64,000 bases of DNA from Paragordius varius (Eukaryota > Animalia > Nematomorpha): positions 5,208,001-5,272,000 of the forward strand of contig OZ176050.1 of the NCBI GenBank assembly GCA_964247055.1, given 5' to 3'. Every line of letters begins with the position of its first letter. Position 1 is the first letter of the stretch. The position numbers and the translations under genes are program-made. A model generated the notes under the pieces. It saw nothing but the letters and a program-made list of their open reading frames with translations, was not told the origin of the DNA and ran no database searches. Of this stretch, positions 1 through 12,800 are shown in pieces.

Positions 1-144
1 ATATATTTATTTTGTCATACTATGTGAGATAATATTATCAAAATAAATGTATAGCTTATAGATATTTCATAATTAATTCAGAACATATATATTTTTCCAA
101 ATTTTTGTATGATTCTCATTAATATACTTTGGACACCATATATA

Positions 145-740
145 CCATTTTCATTTCAAAAGTGTCCTTGAGCACTTCAAGTTGGTCCTTGGACATATCA
201 AATTGGTCCTTGAACACTTCAAGTTGGTCCTTTAAATTTTTTGTTTTATTTTAAACTTTAATCAATCAAATAAAATATCATTCATGTTATTTTATCATTT
301 TTAATCTATTTTCTTCATTTAACATAAACTTTAAATCAATATCAATTTTAATCATTCAGAAACCGTATATCTTTATAATTTTTCAAATTTAATTATGTAT
401 TTTTAAGATTTTAACACGTAATAAAAAAATATTAAATTTTTTGGGTAATTATTACAATTTTTGATTAAAAACATTTATAGATTAATAATTTTGTTAAATT
501 AGAAAAAATTAGTTTGACACAAAATGATTTTCGAATAAATTTTTTTTAAATAAAATTATGCAAAAATTATGGTTAATTCTAAACAAAATAAGGACCATCT
601 TTAAGTGTTGAAAGAGAAACTTGAAATTTTGAAGAATCAACTTGAAATGTTCAAACACCAACTTGAAGTGTTCAAGGACATTCTTGAAATATTCAAGGAC
701 CAACTTGAAATATTTAAAGACTCTTTTAAAGCGCAAATGG
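145..740. mobile_element. Non-autonomous TIR element (MITE), TA-flanked, with subterminal 21-bp tandem repeats
   Basis: TA|CCATTTTCAT at 143-154 and GCGCAAATGG|TA at 731-742. The 21-bp unit CTTGAACACTTCAAGTTGGTC repeats at ~165-232 and inverted at ~610-725. An oppositely oriented homolog with similar internal sequence lies at 61653-62163. Confidence 0.75.
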
Positions 741-1410
741 TAGCTATAAATATCATAAAAAAATTTGTGCATAATAATATTAAAAGGTCTGAATTCATTT
801 TGAATATAATACAGGGTTACGAATCGGAACCACATCCGGTTTCAGAGATTTCAGCAGGAACGATAGCTCTAGGTTAACACAAACTTGGTTCTGGTTCCAA
901 AATTTCAGAAACCACCATGGTTATACATTTTTAGATTTTTACGAGCAAGTCCTGTTCCCACTGTCTAAAAATTAGTTCGGTCCCTGTTGCACCTCCAAAA
1001 TTAGAGGTTCCCATATGAAAATTTTTGTTTAAATTATTAATATTGATTGTATAATATCATTTTTTCAGATGCCCCATCAAAATGGAATGACCATCATTTA
1101 TTTTGTTTAAATATTGTTTTTTAAAAAATAGATCATATGATAAATAACATTTTAATAACAATTGAAGAGAACCACAGTCATGATTATTTGTGTAGATTTT
1201 TTGATCTAGATTGAGAACTTTTACCTTATTCATTAATAAATCTGGTAAAAAACCATTAACTATAGCGTCCATAAACAATTACCCAAATATATAAAAATGA
1301 GCCACATATTTTATCTATCAGTGATACTCAAACCTCGGCACACGGGCCGCATAAGGCTCTCAAGATTTTTTGGCCATAGATTTGCAATATTAAAATTTTA
1401 TCATGTAAGA

Positions 1411-3050
1411 CAGGGCTTCTTAAACTATGGGTCGCGATTCCATTTGGGGTCGCGAGTGATAAAAATACAATTTAACAAAAAATGTTTTTTAACTTGTAAA
1501 ATTCTCATAAAAAAATTCATCGTAGATAAATATATCATAAAATCTTCTGGTTCGGAAAGACTGTTTATGCCAGCATTTCTATCCCGATCATTATAATCTA
1601 TATATTTATAAAAATGGAAAATGCTGGCTTTGTGATCTGTTTCCGGAAAACCGGTAGACCCATTCAAATCCAAGTGTCAAAAAAATGTAATCATTAATAA
1701 ATGCCCCGACAATAGCTCCGCCCTTTTTTTGAATTAGGCTCCCAGTTCGGGCCCACCCCGTGTAAAAAACAGGTTTTTTTGAAAACACAAGTCCAGAAAA
1801 ATCGTGTCCTGAGACAATTTTCCGGAAAACGTGTTGGACCATTCGATTTCAAATATGATTATTTTTACTTTTTTTCGATACTTCGAACCTTCCCGGCTTA
1901 CTTTTTTAATTTAGGGTCTCTTTTTACCTGTTCCCCCCGTAAAATGCCATTTTTTTCAAAAAAAACTAATTTTTTGCCCAGGGTATGAGACCGTTAAAAT
2001 TCACTGAAGATTCGAGTTATTCTCTGTTAAAAGGAAAAAATTTTAGTCTTGTGTTTTTAATATTGACTGCTGTAAACAGATAGCTGCTAAAACTGCGCAA
2101 CTACATAAAAATTGCGTTGTTTTGGAGCTAATTTAGAGAAAATTTATGAAGCCATATCAGCTCATTAAAAGCTCGAAGTATTTACGTAACTAGGTAAAAA
2201 TCATGGTCGGGTTTTTTTATTAGCCGTTAATTTAGGGCCTTTATGCCCTAAAACGCCATCATATAACGATTATTTAGTGTTGAGGTATTTTTTCGAATAA
2301 CCCATGAGACGATGGTATTAAAGATGATTCCGAATATTTGCCTATAAAGGCAAATGGGTAGGGGTCTATCGGTTTAAAACTGAGACGTCACACAAAATAG
2401 GCGTAGTTTTGGAGCCAATTTTTAAAAAACTTAAGAAGCCAAACGAGTACAGTTAAACACATTTCTAGGGAATTTGTATAATATCATTTTTTCCTTTAAA
2501 AAGAAACCACAAATAATTTACTTTTTATATCCCTTGATCCCAGCTGTATGAAAACAATTTCAAATTATTTAACCTTGTCTTCGTAAAACCTAAATCTTAA
2601 AATGAATCCAATGATAGTTGAATATTTAATAAGGGACATATTTAATATGGTCAATTTCGAGTAAACAATATTTCAGCCCATGCAAAAACCCGTAAAAGAA
2701 TAATTAAAGACATTTTTTTAATTAAATATATTTATTATTATTTTTTTATCTCCATTAACTCTATTTATTGCAAATTATTAAGAATAATTATCGATGAGAC
2801 TACGCCACACCGAAGCGTGACAGTGCCAGCTAGTGTCTTGTATAAATTTACTATGAATCAGAAAACGTTATAGAAATTTATAAAAAATGTAGATATATTT
2901 TTCACAATCTCTCAAAAATCCGGATAAATATTATTAACAAAATTTCAAAGTGTTATTTCGAAGATTATTTTTCTCATTTATTTGTTGGGGTCGTTAAGAA
3001 ACTCGCAATCATAAATGGGGTCGGGAACTACAAAAGTTTAAGAAGCCCTG
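1411..3050 (+). mobile_element. hAT-type non-autonomous element carrying an internal Helitron (composite copy 1)
   Basis: TIRs CAGGGCTTCTTAAAC / GTTTAAGAAGCCCTG; 8-bp TSD ATGTAAGA (1403-1410) / ATGTAAGG (3051-3058). It follows the start of another hAT-like MITE (CAGTGATACTCAAACC at ~1319). Confidence 0.85.
1597..2833 (+). mobile_element. Non-autonomous Helitron (family A, type-1 3' end)
   Basis: 5' A|TCTATATATTTATAAAAATGG; 3' imperfect hairpin GCCACACCGAAGCGTGAC then CTAG|T (2830-2834); inserted between A and T; internal modules are shared with many copies in the window. Confidence 0.8.
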
Positions 3051-3493
3051 ATGTAAGGTTACATTAGCAGTATACGGCTCACAACATAGAAAGACCCTTT
3101 TCCGCGCTAAATATTATATTTTAAGAACTGAGTAGTCCAAATCATTTTTATTAAATAAAATTTAAATATGATATTTAATAAAAATACACTTAATATATAC
3201 CTTTGTACTTATTCATTTAGCTTTTTCCAATAAATTATGTTTGGATTTACAATTGTTGATATTTTGGTTTATATTATAATAAAAATTATTTATGAAAATC
3301 AGAACAAAATGAAACCGCTTTTAAATTTAAAGTACCAACCCGGTTCCACCAACTAAGGAACCAGCCCAGTTCCAAAATTTTAGCCCCAAATATATAGAGA
3401 ATTTTTCACATATACCTTTTCAACCATCTTAAAGTTAGTATTTTAAGTTGGGTTATAAGTAAGGTACATCTTTTAAACACCCTAGTACTAGAT

Positions 3494-3677
3494 TAGTGGT
3501 ATTTAAACCGCGGTACACGGGCCGCATGTGGCCCTAAATTTATTTTTTAAATATACTCTTTCTGAGCATAAATATATGCAAAGTCAGACAACAATGAAAA
3601 TATAGCTATTATATGGTGCATGGCCCTTGAGACAAGATAAATTTTTGCGGCCATTTAATTTTTGGTGAGTACCACTG
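3494..3677. mobile_element. Short hAT-like MITE
   Basis: Ends (T)AGTGGTATTTAAACC ... GTGAGTACCACTG; degenerate 8-bp TSD TACTAGAT/CCCTAGAT. Related pieces at ~1319-1380 and ~60030-60153 share GGCCCTTGAGACAAGATAAA or CACGGGCCGCAT. Confidence 0.6.
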
Positions 3678-4297
3678 CCCTAGATGTTGTCTTCAACAAA
3701 AAATCAAGTAATCTGCAATCTACAAATAATTAATTGGTTTTTTGAATTCCATAGAAAACTTCATATGAAAAACGATATCGAAATACTTTGTACTTATTTG
3801 GATATTTCGACGACATTTTTATTTATAATACCCAATTTAAGAAGTCGGATAATTTAAAAAATAATGAGCAACTAAACTTATGGTAAAAACTAATTTAAGA
3901 TGGTAAATTTACTAAATTAATAAAAACATTGGGGCAAATTGAATTGATTCACTAACATTACAGAGGCAGTATAAATGATAATTATTGAAACAAAAACTAG
4001 GTAATTCCCTTTATGGTATATTCACAATTGGAAAAAAAGTGAAAATCAAAAATTAAAGGGCTATTTGTAAATGTGATATTGATTGAGGTATACCATATCA
4101 TAGATAAAATACATGCGGATTATGGATGTAAACAAAGAAGCTTTAAAATATATCAAATACGTAGTAGGCAAAAAATATCAACTCCATAAACAATCATATC
4201 AAAAAAACTAATTACATATACAACGATTTGGATTTGATTAAATGAAAATAATGCACACTCATTATTTTTGGTGAAAATAAAAATTTAATAGTATTAT

Positions 4298-7200
4298 TCA
4301 AGGTTTTCTTGATCCAGGATGTCTATTAGTAAAATGTCGGCGTGTAAAACGACTATGCTGGATTGTAGAATTGACATTGTTAGCCAATTTATTTATCGAG
4401 GGTTTTTCAACAGTCTTTTTAGCATCATTTGATATAAGCTTTTTTGCCGTCTTATTACAATTTTGGCCTGTATTATTATTACTAGTACCTACATTCTCGT
4501 CTCTAAAAATCGATTGTTTTAACTGGTATTGCAATTTTCGTGGTGATGACCGAATACTAGGTGTGGGTAAAATAGGTTGTTCAGATACTATAGTATTATC
4601 GATTTTGTTGGTGATTTTCGAAATATTTTTCTTATCATCAAGTGTTGAGGGATGATGGATAGATGTAATAGATGATGATTTAATTTCATCATATTCCTCT
4701 TTAGAAGGTTTTCCATTATTTTTATCCGAAATTAATAATTGGGTCGATTGACATGGCAAATTTGGGCCTATTATGGAAAAATTAATGTTAAACCAAAAGT
4801 TTAGGTATTGTTTTTTGGTCGAAAATGGTTTTTTGATCAAATAGTTTTAACTTTTTAATTTACAAAAAAAGTGTTTATGTTCGAAAATAGAAGTAAAACT
4901 TACAATCTGCGGAATTCGCATCAGAAAGAAGACAAATTGAAAGCTTGTTTGATAATCCATTTATATGTTTCCCTCCTTTAAGATAAAACAATGTTAAAAT
5001 ATAAAATATTGTGCGGTTTTAAAAGTGTAAAAATATTACGTCTCAATGCGGTGTTAGCGTCCCGATCATTCATGTATGTTATAAGCGCATACCTAGAAAG
5101 AAAAAAAATAAGATGTGTAAAATGGCCAATAAGATTGGAAATGATTTTAGAATTTAATACTTCAAAAAATAATATATATATATATATAATATACTCCTTT
5201 TCCCGCTTAACAATTTGTATTGGGCCAAAACGTTTAAACATATTTTTTAATTCATTTTCAGATGCATGAGGTTCAATAGGGCCAAGTTTTATTGTATGCC
5301 GAGGATTGACTGAATCAGACTCCTTAAAAAAATAGTTATAATTAAATTACATATTTTTATATATAATGGATAATAGATCTTGTAAAAGATAATACCGCAT
5401 TGTTGTCAATTTTAGCATTGTCAATGGGTTTTGGCAAAAACCCCGATAAAGTTCTATAATAAAAATATAAATATATTGTTGTCGAGTTTGTCAAACAAAT
5501 ATAAATAAGTAAACTAAGTATATGCTTAAATACTGTTTAGATTTGACAATAGACATTGTGGGTTTAACGTCAGGTTTGTAAATTAGTTCATCCATAGTTA
5601 TATCAGTCCAAGGTGACATTGATTTTACAAAACTCCTATTTTGATTTGCAACATTGTTGCTGTTGTAAATGGATTTTGGAACATTTTGATTTTCATTTAT
5701 ATCTTTATTTTTGTGTAGGGTTTTATTATTTTGTTGAGTAAAGTTACCATTGAATTCATTCGTAAATTCGGATTTCACAATATTGCACATTGTAGAGGGT
5801 ATTGATTGGAAACTTTGATTTTTTATAGATGAGGTTTGAATGATTGTGTTAAAACTTTGATTATCTGACAATTGGAATGAAGATGTATTTATCATGGGGG
5901 AAGAAACACGCCTAATATTATTTTGCGGCGGTAATTCCTTCTTCCCAACCCTATGGACATCATTTAAAACATTATTAGGAGGCTGTTTAACACTCGCACT
6001 TTTTTTGGTATGATTACTTTTTGAATTGTGATTAGATTTGATATTATTACTATTATTGTTATTATTAGAGTAAGCAGTGTTGGCAACATATTGATTTTGA
6101 TAATAGGCAGTTGATGTGTAATTATAACTGTCTGTGGCATTATTGCCGTTGGCATCAAACACATAAACGTGGCCTTGACCATCACTTATGGTTGTAAAAA
6201 TTTCTTGGTCCGATGAGGTGTCATTTGACAAATGTTTCCTTTCATTCGATAAAAAAGATTCAATTATTTGTGCTTCCTTCATAATCATCTTTCGACTCGT
6301 GGCAGATGAGGTGAATGTGAGAAGCGAGGAAAAATTTGAAAAAAAATTGTTACTGGAAGGACATGTTTTATCTCCAACCTGACCATTACCATTTTGTTGT
6401 GTTGTCACACATTCATTATCACGGATACCATGAGATGGTACAAAACTATAGCGTTCAGAAATGGAGTGACTACTTGAGATTTGACGTTTTCGGTTGTTAT
6501 TATTATTATTGTTATTAGCAGTGGTATTATTGTTGGTGTTTTCATGAGCCAGATTGGATTGATTGCGTTTGGAATCAATATCATTCTTGTTTGTTGTATT
6601 ATCGCCATCAGTTGACTGTGGCAATTTATTTGCCATTTTTATTGGGCGATTGCCTTTCGGTTTACATTTTGTTTTGACATCTTTGCTTTCCGTTTTAGGC
6701 GGCAAATGGGTGTTATTTCTAGATAGCAGAGAAACCAAGTTTTTACCAAAAAAACTTCCAATCATAACGTTTTTATTATTGTGTTTTCCAAATTTGTCAT
6801 TTTTGGCTGAGTTAGAATTCGATGTTAAAATAGGAGAATTTATATGTTCTGGTATACATTCATTTGTTGTATTGTTATGGAATGAAGTTATAAAATGCGG
6901 AAAATTGCGGGTAAAGTTTTGCACATTTGCTTTTATCTTTGAACCAAAAGTATTGAATGAATTAACATCTGTCAAAGTATTAATATTGCAAAAATTTTGT
7001 TCAGGGTCACCGTTAATATTAGCTGCACAGTAATCGTGGTCATTTATATGAAGGGCTTGAAGGTTGGATGAGGGAGAAAAGCAGGGCATACGATTTTGAA
7101 TCGAAGTTTTTACAGCTAAATATACATTGTGTTTAAATATTATATAGCGAGCGCCCTAAAAATATTTTATATATAATGTTTTTTAAGGCAAATTTCTAAC

Positions 7201-8627
7201 CAAATGATTAAAATTATGGAATAAATATTCAATTTTTACCTTCAACTTCAGTAATCAGGTCATGAGAGTCTGGTTTATTATCTGTAATGACCGATTTTAT
7301 AGTATTGTTACAAGAGGTATAAATATCGTGGGTTGAGGAAGACAAATAATTTTCCAAATCCAATTGTAACGAAACAATATCTTCGTCCTTTTGATGGTGA
7401 TTGTGAAAGGATGCATTATCATCTAAAATTACAAAAAAATTAATAAAAAATATTTATTCATTATGCTTTTAACTTCAAATGATAAAAACTTATAATTAAT
7501 TTATGCTAAAAAGGATGTAATCAAATGTAATCAAAAGTTAAATATTTAAATAATATGTGAATTACCGAAATGCATTAACAGTTGGGATATATCAAAAGCG
7601 GAATCTAAATTTTCATAATAAAAATAATAATATACAGTGTCAAAAACAAATAGGTCGATTTTAAGGGTATGTTAAAAAAGTAGTATTACAGGCGTTAATA
7701 TGCGTAAAATCATTTTGAATCCATTTCATATTTTAAATAATTATTATAATGAGAAAAATAATTTTAATATGCTGAATCTACAGGCCATATTTAAATCTAA
7801 TCAAATAAATATATACCGCATTTCGACAAATTAATGGTTAGGTCAGCAGGTAAAATTGAATCAGAAGAATTTTCACCAACGTTGTCATCAAGTTGCTCCC
7901 CTAAAATGGGTGTTTTGTTATGTTTAATCGGTTCGGATATATTTTCATAATTGCCCAATTTTTTTTCTGGAGTTTTGTCTGGTAAGACAGAAATATTCGT
8001 GTCCATGATAGATATGGCTGATGATATATGGACAAGAGAATCGGTATCGATCTAAATTTGAGGATAAAAATACATAAATTTTTATTTACATTATAATTAG
8101 TTATATGTCATTAAATTTTGACATTCATCAAAAAATATTTAAGGCCATAAATTAACCCTATCAGCCAAAAAGCCATCGGATACAATGGACATAATTGAAT
8201 TGGACAAAAAATTATCATGATTGGTGAGCCGAGCAGATTCATAAAATGATTCCTTTTTAATTAATGTTGGACTGGAAGTGGCATAATTTGTGGAAGAAGG
8301 ATTGCTAAATTGTTGATCTGAATTTTCGGTGATCTTAGAGTCGATTACATTTGTTGAATCTTTGTTTTTTAGTTGAGAATTATTTATTATTACGTTATCA
8401 TTTCTATCATTGTAATTATTGGTGTTAAGAAAATTATTAATAGTGGTTATTTCATCCCCATCGTGGGATAAATATTGATGTGAGGTATAATCTGGAAAAA
8501 AGACATTATTTCGATCCGCCGAAAAATCCTCCTTTTTAATGGCTGAGCCGACGAACCCGTTAGTGAAAGGATTCAGAGGTGAAGTTGAAAGGAGTATATC
8601 ATTTAAGGCCATGGACGCTTCTTCATC
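4298..8627 (-). CDS. PGC-1 family coactivator-like protein (PPARGC1/PPRC1/Spargel-like), multi-exon, Asn/Ser-rich; 5' end uncertain
   Basis: About 10 phase-compatible GT-AG exons joining the ORFs 8139-8612, 7797-8006, 5491-7089 and 4298-4840. HCF-binding-type motif DHDYC at 7027-7041. The spliced C-terminal RRM (5322 to ~4904) reads HTIKLGPIEPHASENELKNMFKRFGPIQIVKREKEYALITYMNDRDANTALRRGKHING, resembling the PGC-1 RRM (YGFITY...DAFAALENG). A possible first exon starts at ATG 8755. Confidence 0.65.
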
Positions 8628-8769
8628 CTAAAGTAGTATATTAAATTATACATTTACTAACGTTTGATAATTAAAAAAATTTAACAAACAGAAACGTTTA
8701 ACATAAATATTAGCGGATCTGGAGCGGTTTCAAAAAATATCTGAAATCGAACCATGTGATAAAAATAAC

Positions 8770-9804
8770 ATAAAACCTAACCCGGGTTTTATAGTAAAAA
8801 ATTGTCATAAATATCTGTTAAACTAAGAAAATACGTCAGTGAAAAGTAGGCAGACGATTATATATACAGACCTCATTTAGTTCATCTTGACATTAAACTA
8901 TAAAAAACATAATTTGAATCCGTCTAAAGGTACTTTATTCAATAATCATGTTGATGCATAACGCATTGCTTTTATTATAATCAAGACTGCTCAAAGTCAT
9001 CGTTCGCTGGTAGAAATATATATGAACGTGATACATCGATTACAACATGAAAAACAGTTTCAAAAATTTGAAAGTTGTGATTTTAATGTATAGAAGAATG
9101 AGCGCGGTAGGCAATCGGTAAATTGGTCCAAATTTGAATGAATGAATTGAAAATCGAGTGACTTATGAAATCATGCTTTAATGTCACAAAAATGGAATCA
9201 TTTTTGGATTAAATTGTGACGGGTTTTTTGTACATCCAAAGCGGAAAATAGTGTGTTTCACCTTGCCAAACCGGCAATCACCACCATGATTCGGCAAGAA
9301 GACCATAGTCTGTGTCTAATAAAACCAAATCTGTATGGTGTTTTATAAACCCTTTGTACACAACGCAACGCCAACATGATTTTAAACCATGCATTAATCG
9401 AAAAACCACCGGAGGCGGGAAGACAGGGCAAAGTCATTTGCTACATGACAATGCTCCGTCTCCACCAAAACCAGTAGAAGGACACTTTGAAATCGCTTCG
9501 ATGGGAATATCTTTAACATTCCGCTGATCACTCCTAGTTCAGCATCATCTGACTAATGTATCTTCGCATCAGTTGAACACACCCTCGCAAAGCACTTCAA
9601 TTATTTCAAACACGTTGAAAATGGCTTTACAAATCGTTTGCCGCAAAAAAACAATGTTTTTCTGGCATGGCATTCTTAACTACCTGAAAGATGGGCGAAA
9701 TGCGTAAGAGCCGATGCACAATCTTTTAAATAAAATAAATAATTTATTTATTTTTAAAAGTACACATTTTTTACCAAAAACCCGGTACTTATGACTACAC
9801 CTGG
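8770..9804 (+). mobile_element. Degenerate mariner (Mos1/mauritiana-like) transposon relic with internal deletion
   Basis: Frameshifted transposase remnants: QFQKFESCDFNV..NERGR, LLHDNAPS, a SPDLAPSD-like segment, and FFWHGI..LPERWAKCVRAD. Right TIR ...GACTACACCTGG|TA (9804-9806) resembles Mos1 CCAGGTGT; left TIR is degenerate near 8780. Confidence 0.85.
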
Positions 9805-12800
9805 TATAAATGATCTCGAGATTTTCGTTCGTAATTTATTATTAAAAAATGAAAGGAATCGATATATACTGTAAATGGGAATATGGTATCGAGACTTTTT
9901 GCCCCTAATGGTTCATGGTGATGTCGTTTAGATTCATAAAAAATATCAAGTGGCGTAGATGGATTGTATATTGAATGCTATAATATCATATTTAAAACAT
10001 TTTATTAGATATAAAAATTTCCATAGATTTACATAATTTTTAATAAACAAATAAAGAAAAAATCACGTCAAATGGGTAATTGGTATCGAAGAAAGATGTT
10101 GCATCTTCGTATGAACACGCTAAATTTGTCATTATAGTGCCGCGTTTATACACATTAGTCTATATCAAATTGTTACAGTGTTTGGTATATGTAGATAGAA
10201 TTGGGGGGATCCTAAAAAATAATATATGTATAAATGTAAATATTCAACAATGTGTTGTTTTTAAATTGGGCCAGAATATTATATTTCATTGAAAAGGTAA
10301 TTAAATCAACAATAATCATCCATTTATCGATGCATATCTATATGCAACACCTGTGAAATTTGATATAGAGAAATGATGTATCGTTCTAAAACTATGAAAA
10401 AATTATTTGATTAACCATTGTACCACAGAAAAAAGTTTTCACCTTACAATGTTTAAACTAAAATATTGTTAAAGTTTTTAATAAAATAGTTTATATTGAT
10501 TTTGCTACCAATTTAACCGATACATGAAACACCTATGTTTAAAAAAATGCACATCAATTGTAAAATAAAAAGTAAGTAATAGAGTTATTAACGATGGTTA
10601 GGTGTAATAAAAAAATATAATCTAGTTTAAAAAAATTGATTATATATATTGCATCAAAATCATAAATGATAATAAATATATTATCCAGGACCTTGTGGGA
10701 AATATATTTATAAATACAGAAGCATATGCGACATGCTATATAATTAAATTAACATCCTAAGATTTAGCCTATATATATATTCGAAATATCCTAAGCACCA
10801 ATTTTGATATTTTATAAGATATCGCTCTCGCTTCAAAAAAATGTTGCACACTGAGCTAGCTAGCTTTTATGTGCTTCGAATTATAAAATTAAAAACAAAA
10901 ATGTCAATGACTGACATAATTTCATTTTGTAAAGGCGTCGTTTAGTCAAAAAATAAGGCAAAAATGTACAAGGCACACATATTTAGAAACGACGCATGGG
11001 AAATAGTGTAGTAATCGTGTATGTACAAGTAATACTCTATAAAACAATTAAAGTCAAAAAAGTTAAGGAATGTATGTTCATGTATAATTAAGTTCTCCCT
11101 AAAGCATTTATTTTTAGTCATTTTGTTACAGGTAAATATATATATGTTCATATAATTGTTTGTGTTGATTTATAGCTAAAAACGGATATTAAGTAGTCCG
11201 TACTAGCTAAACTAATTTTCATAAACGTTAATTATTTTATATTTAATTGTTGTAAAAACAAGATTGGTTGAGAAGGCTTATAAAATAGGGTGTTTACTTA
11301 TAGTTTAACTAAAAATAAAAAATTATATGTTACATTTCATATTAAAGGCTGCTTAAAAGTTTAGCCATTAAAGATGAAACAGATTGGGGTGGTTATTAAT
11401 CTTTGTCTTAATTTGGTATGTGTTTAAAATAAAAAACTCTCATGCTAATTTATAATCCACTGTGGTTTTGAACTTTATCAGCAAAATTTTTTATGTAAGC
11501 AGATTGTGAAATATATAGTTGATCTCTTAAACAAAGATTACCAAAAAACAGTTATCAAAATATAAAATCTTAAAATATTATTATGTACGTTAATTAATTG
11601 TAGTTTATATTAATAATATTTATAGTTTTCCAAGTTACTAAAATTGAAACAAAAAATTATAATATCGGCGCTTAAATAATGTTTGCCCCTTTAATATTTA
11701 GTTTGACTCAAATTTAGAAAGGTGCAAATATAATTTTTTATGATCGAAACAAGTCAGTTTAATAATTAAAAGAATATAAGTGCGTTAATGAGTAATATTA
11801 CCCATAATATAAATCATAAAATGTAAATGAAATTATAGAAGAGAGATCTGATTTTGTTACAATTCAATATTTACATATGGGAGGGAATGATATCAGAGCC
11901 GGTTAAAAAATAATAAGCAGTCTGAATGTTTATGAATGAAGTCATTTTCGGTCACAACCAGTCAATTACCGACATCACAATTTCAAATATTAACAAACAA
12001 TATAAACACAATAATTTGACTTCTGATAGGGTGACATTATTAAGGTTAAATAATTTTTTTCATTATTTTAGCGGTTAATATTCGTAACCAATCACACCTA
12101 ACCCAAATTTTATTTTACGTAATATAAATTAGATTTTCATTGTTTAGTAGCTCTTATTAACACAAATTAAAGACATATATATAATCAAACTCTTTTTACT
12201 ATAATATCATTTTGTGCGTTGAGGAATGTAGCCTCACTATACTATTGCGTATAGCACCAATAAATATGAGATGTATTATATGTATAAAGACAATAAAAAT
12301 AGGTGGATTTAACTGCATACATACTCAATGCAATGAATTCATGTATAATGCGAAACATATATTGTATGATTTAAATAAAAAAATATTTATATGATCGGTA
12401 ATAGCGCATATAACGGGAATCGATACTATCATATTTTTGATTTGCTTCAAAACATTCAGCTTTTAGATTGAGAACACAATATGTTATGTTTTGTAATAAA
12501 AAAATTTTACTTGAAAGATATCAATCTGATACGGTAAAAATGAAATCGTAAAAATATTATATACCTTTAAAAACATTTTCCAAACATAGTATAATGTTTT
12601 CATAGAAATTATTTTTTATAGATTATACCCAATTTTTCAAAAGGTTATTGCCATTTACTAAATTTATTTCATCAAATATATAGCCAAGTATATTTTTATG
12701 AGTAGAATAAGTAGATGAAAACCATGTGTTTTTATTACTGCCACCACCGTAATTAGCATTCCAATGATGTTTCTCACGACTAGCCAAAATCATCCAAAAG

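Noticed and set aside
165-232. 21-bp repeats as heat-shock elements or a CRISPR array
   Set aside because: GAA and TTC are separated by 3 nt rather than the 2 nt of an HSE; there are no unique spacers or cas genes, and the DNA is eukaryotic.
605-877. Leucine-zipper-like ORF (LEMFKHQLEVFKDILEIFKDQ) and antisense ORF 509-835
   Set aside because: The heptad pattern is a by-product of the 21-bp MITE repeat; the ORF runs out of the element and has no gene context.
1425-1988. Recurrent 60-160 aa ORFs (MVQHV..., MSQRHDF..., MPFNREY...) here and at 28954-29814, 42024-43985, 49461-51136
   Set aside because: They are translations of non-coding Helitron modules in inconsistent frames and strands with many indels; there is no Rep/helicase similarity.
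6563-7033. Plus-strand ORFs overlapping the PGC-1-like and CREB3L exons (also 4371-4655, 24389-24619) and antisense ORFs in Gypsy and RTE
   Set aside because: Antisense shadows of real coding sequence.
10063-10070. TCACGTCA (UPRE/CRE-like site) upstream of the PGC-1-like gene
   Set aside because: A single 8-mer is expected by chance about once in a window of this size and composition.
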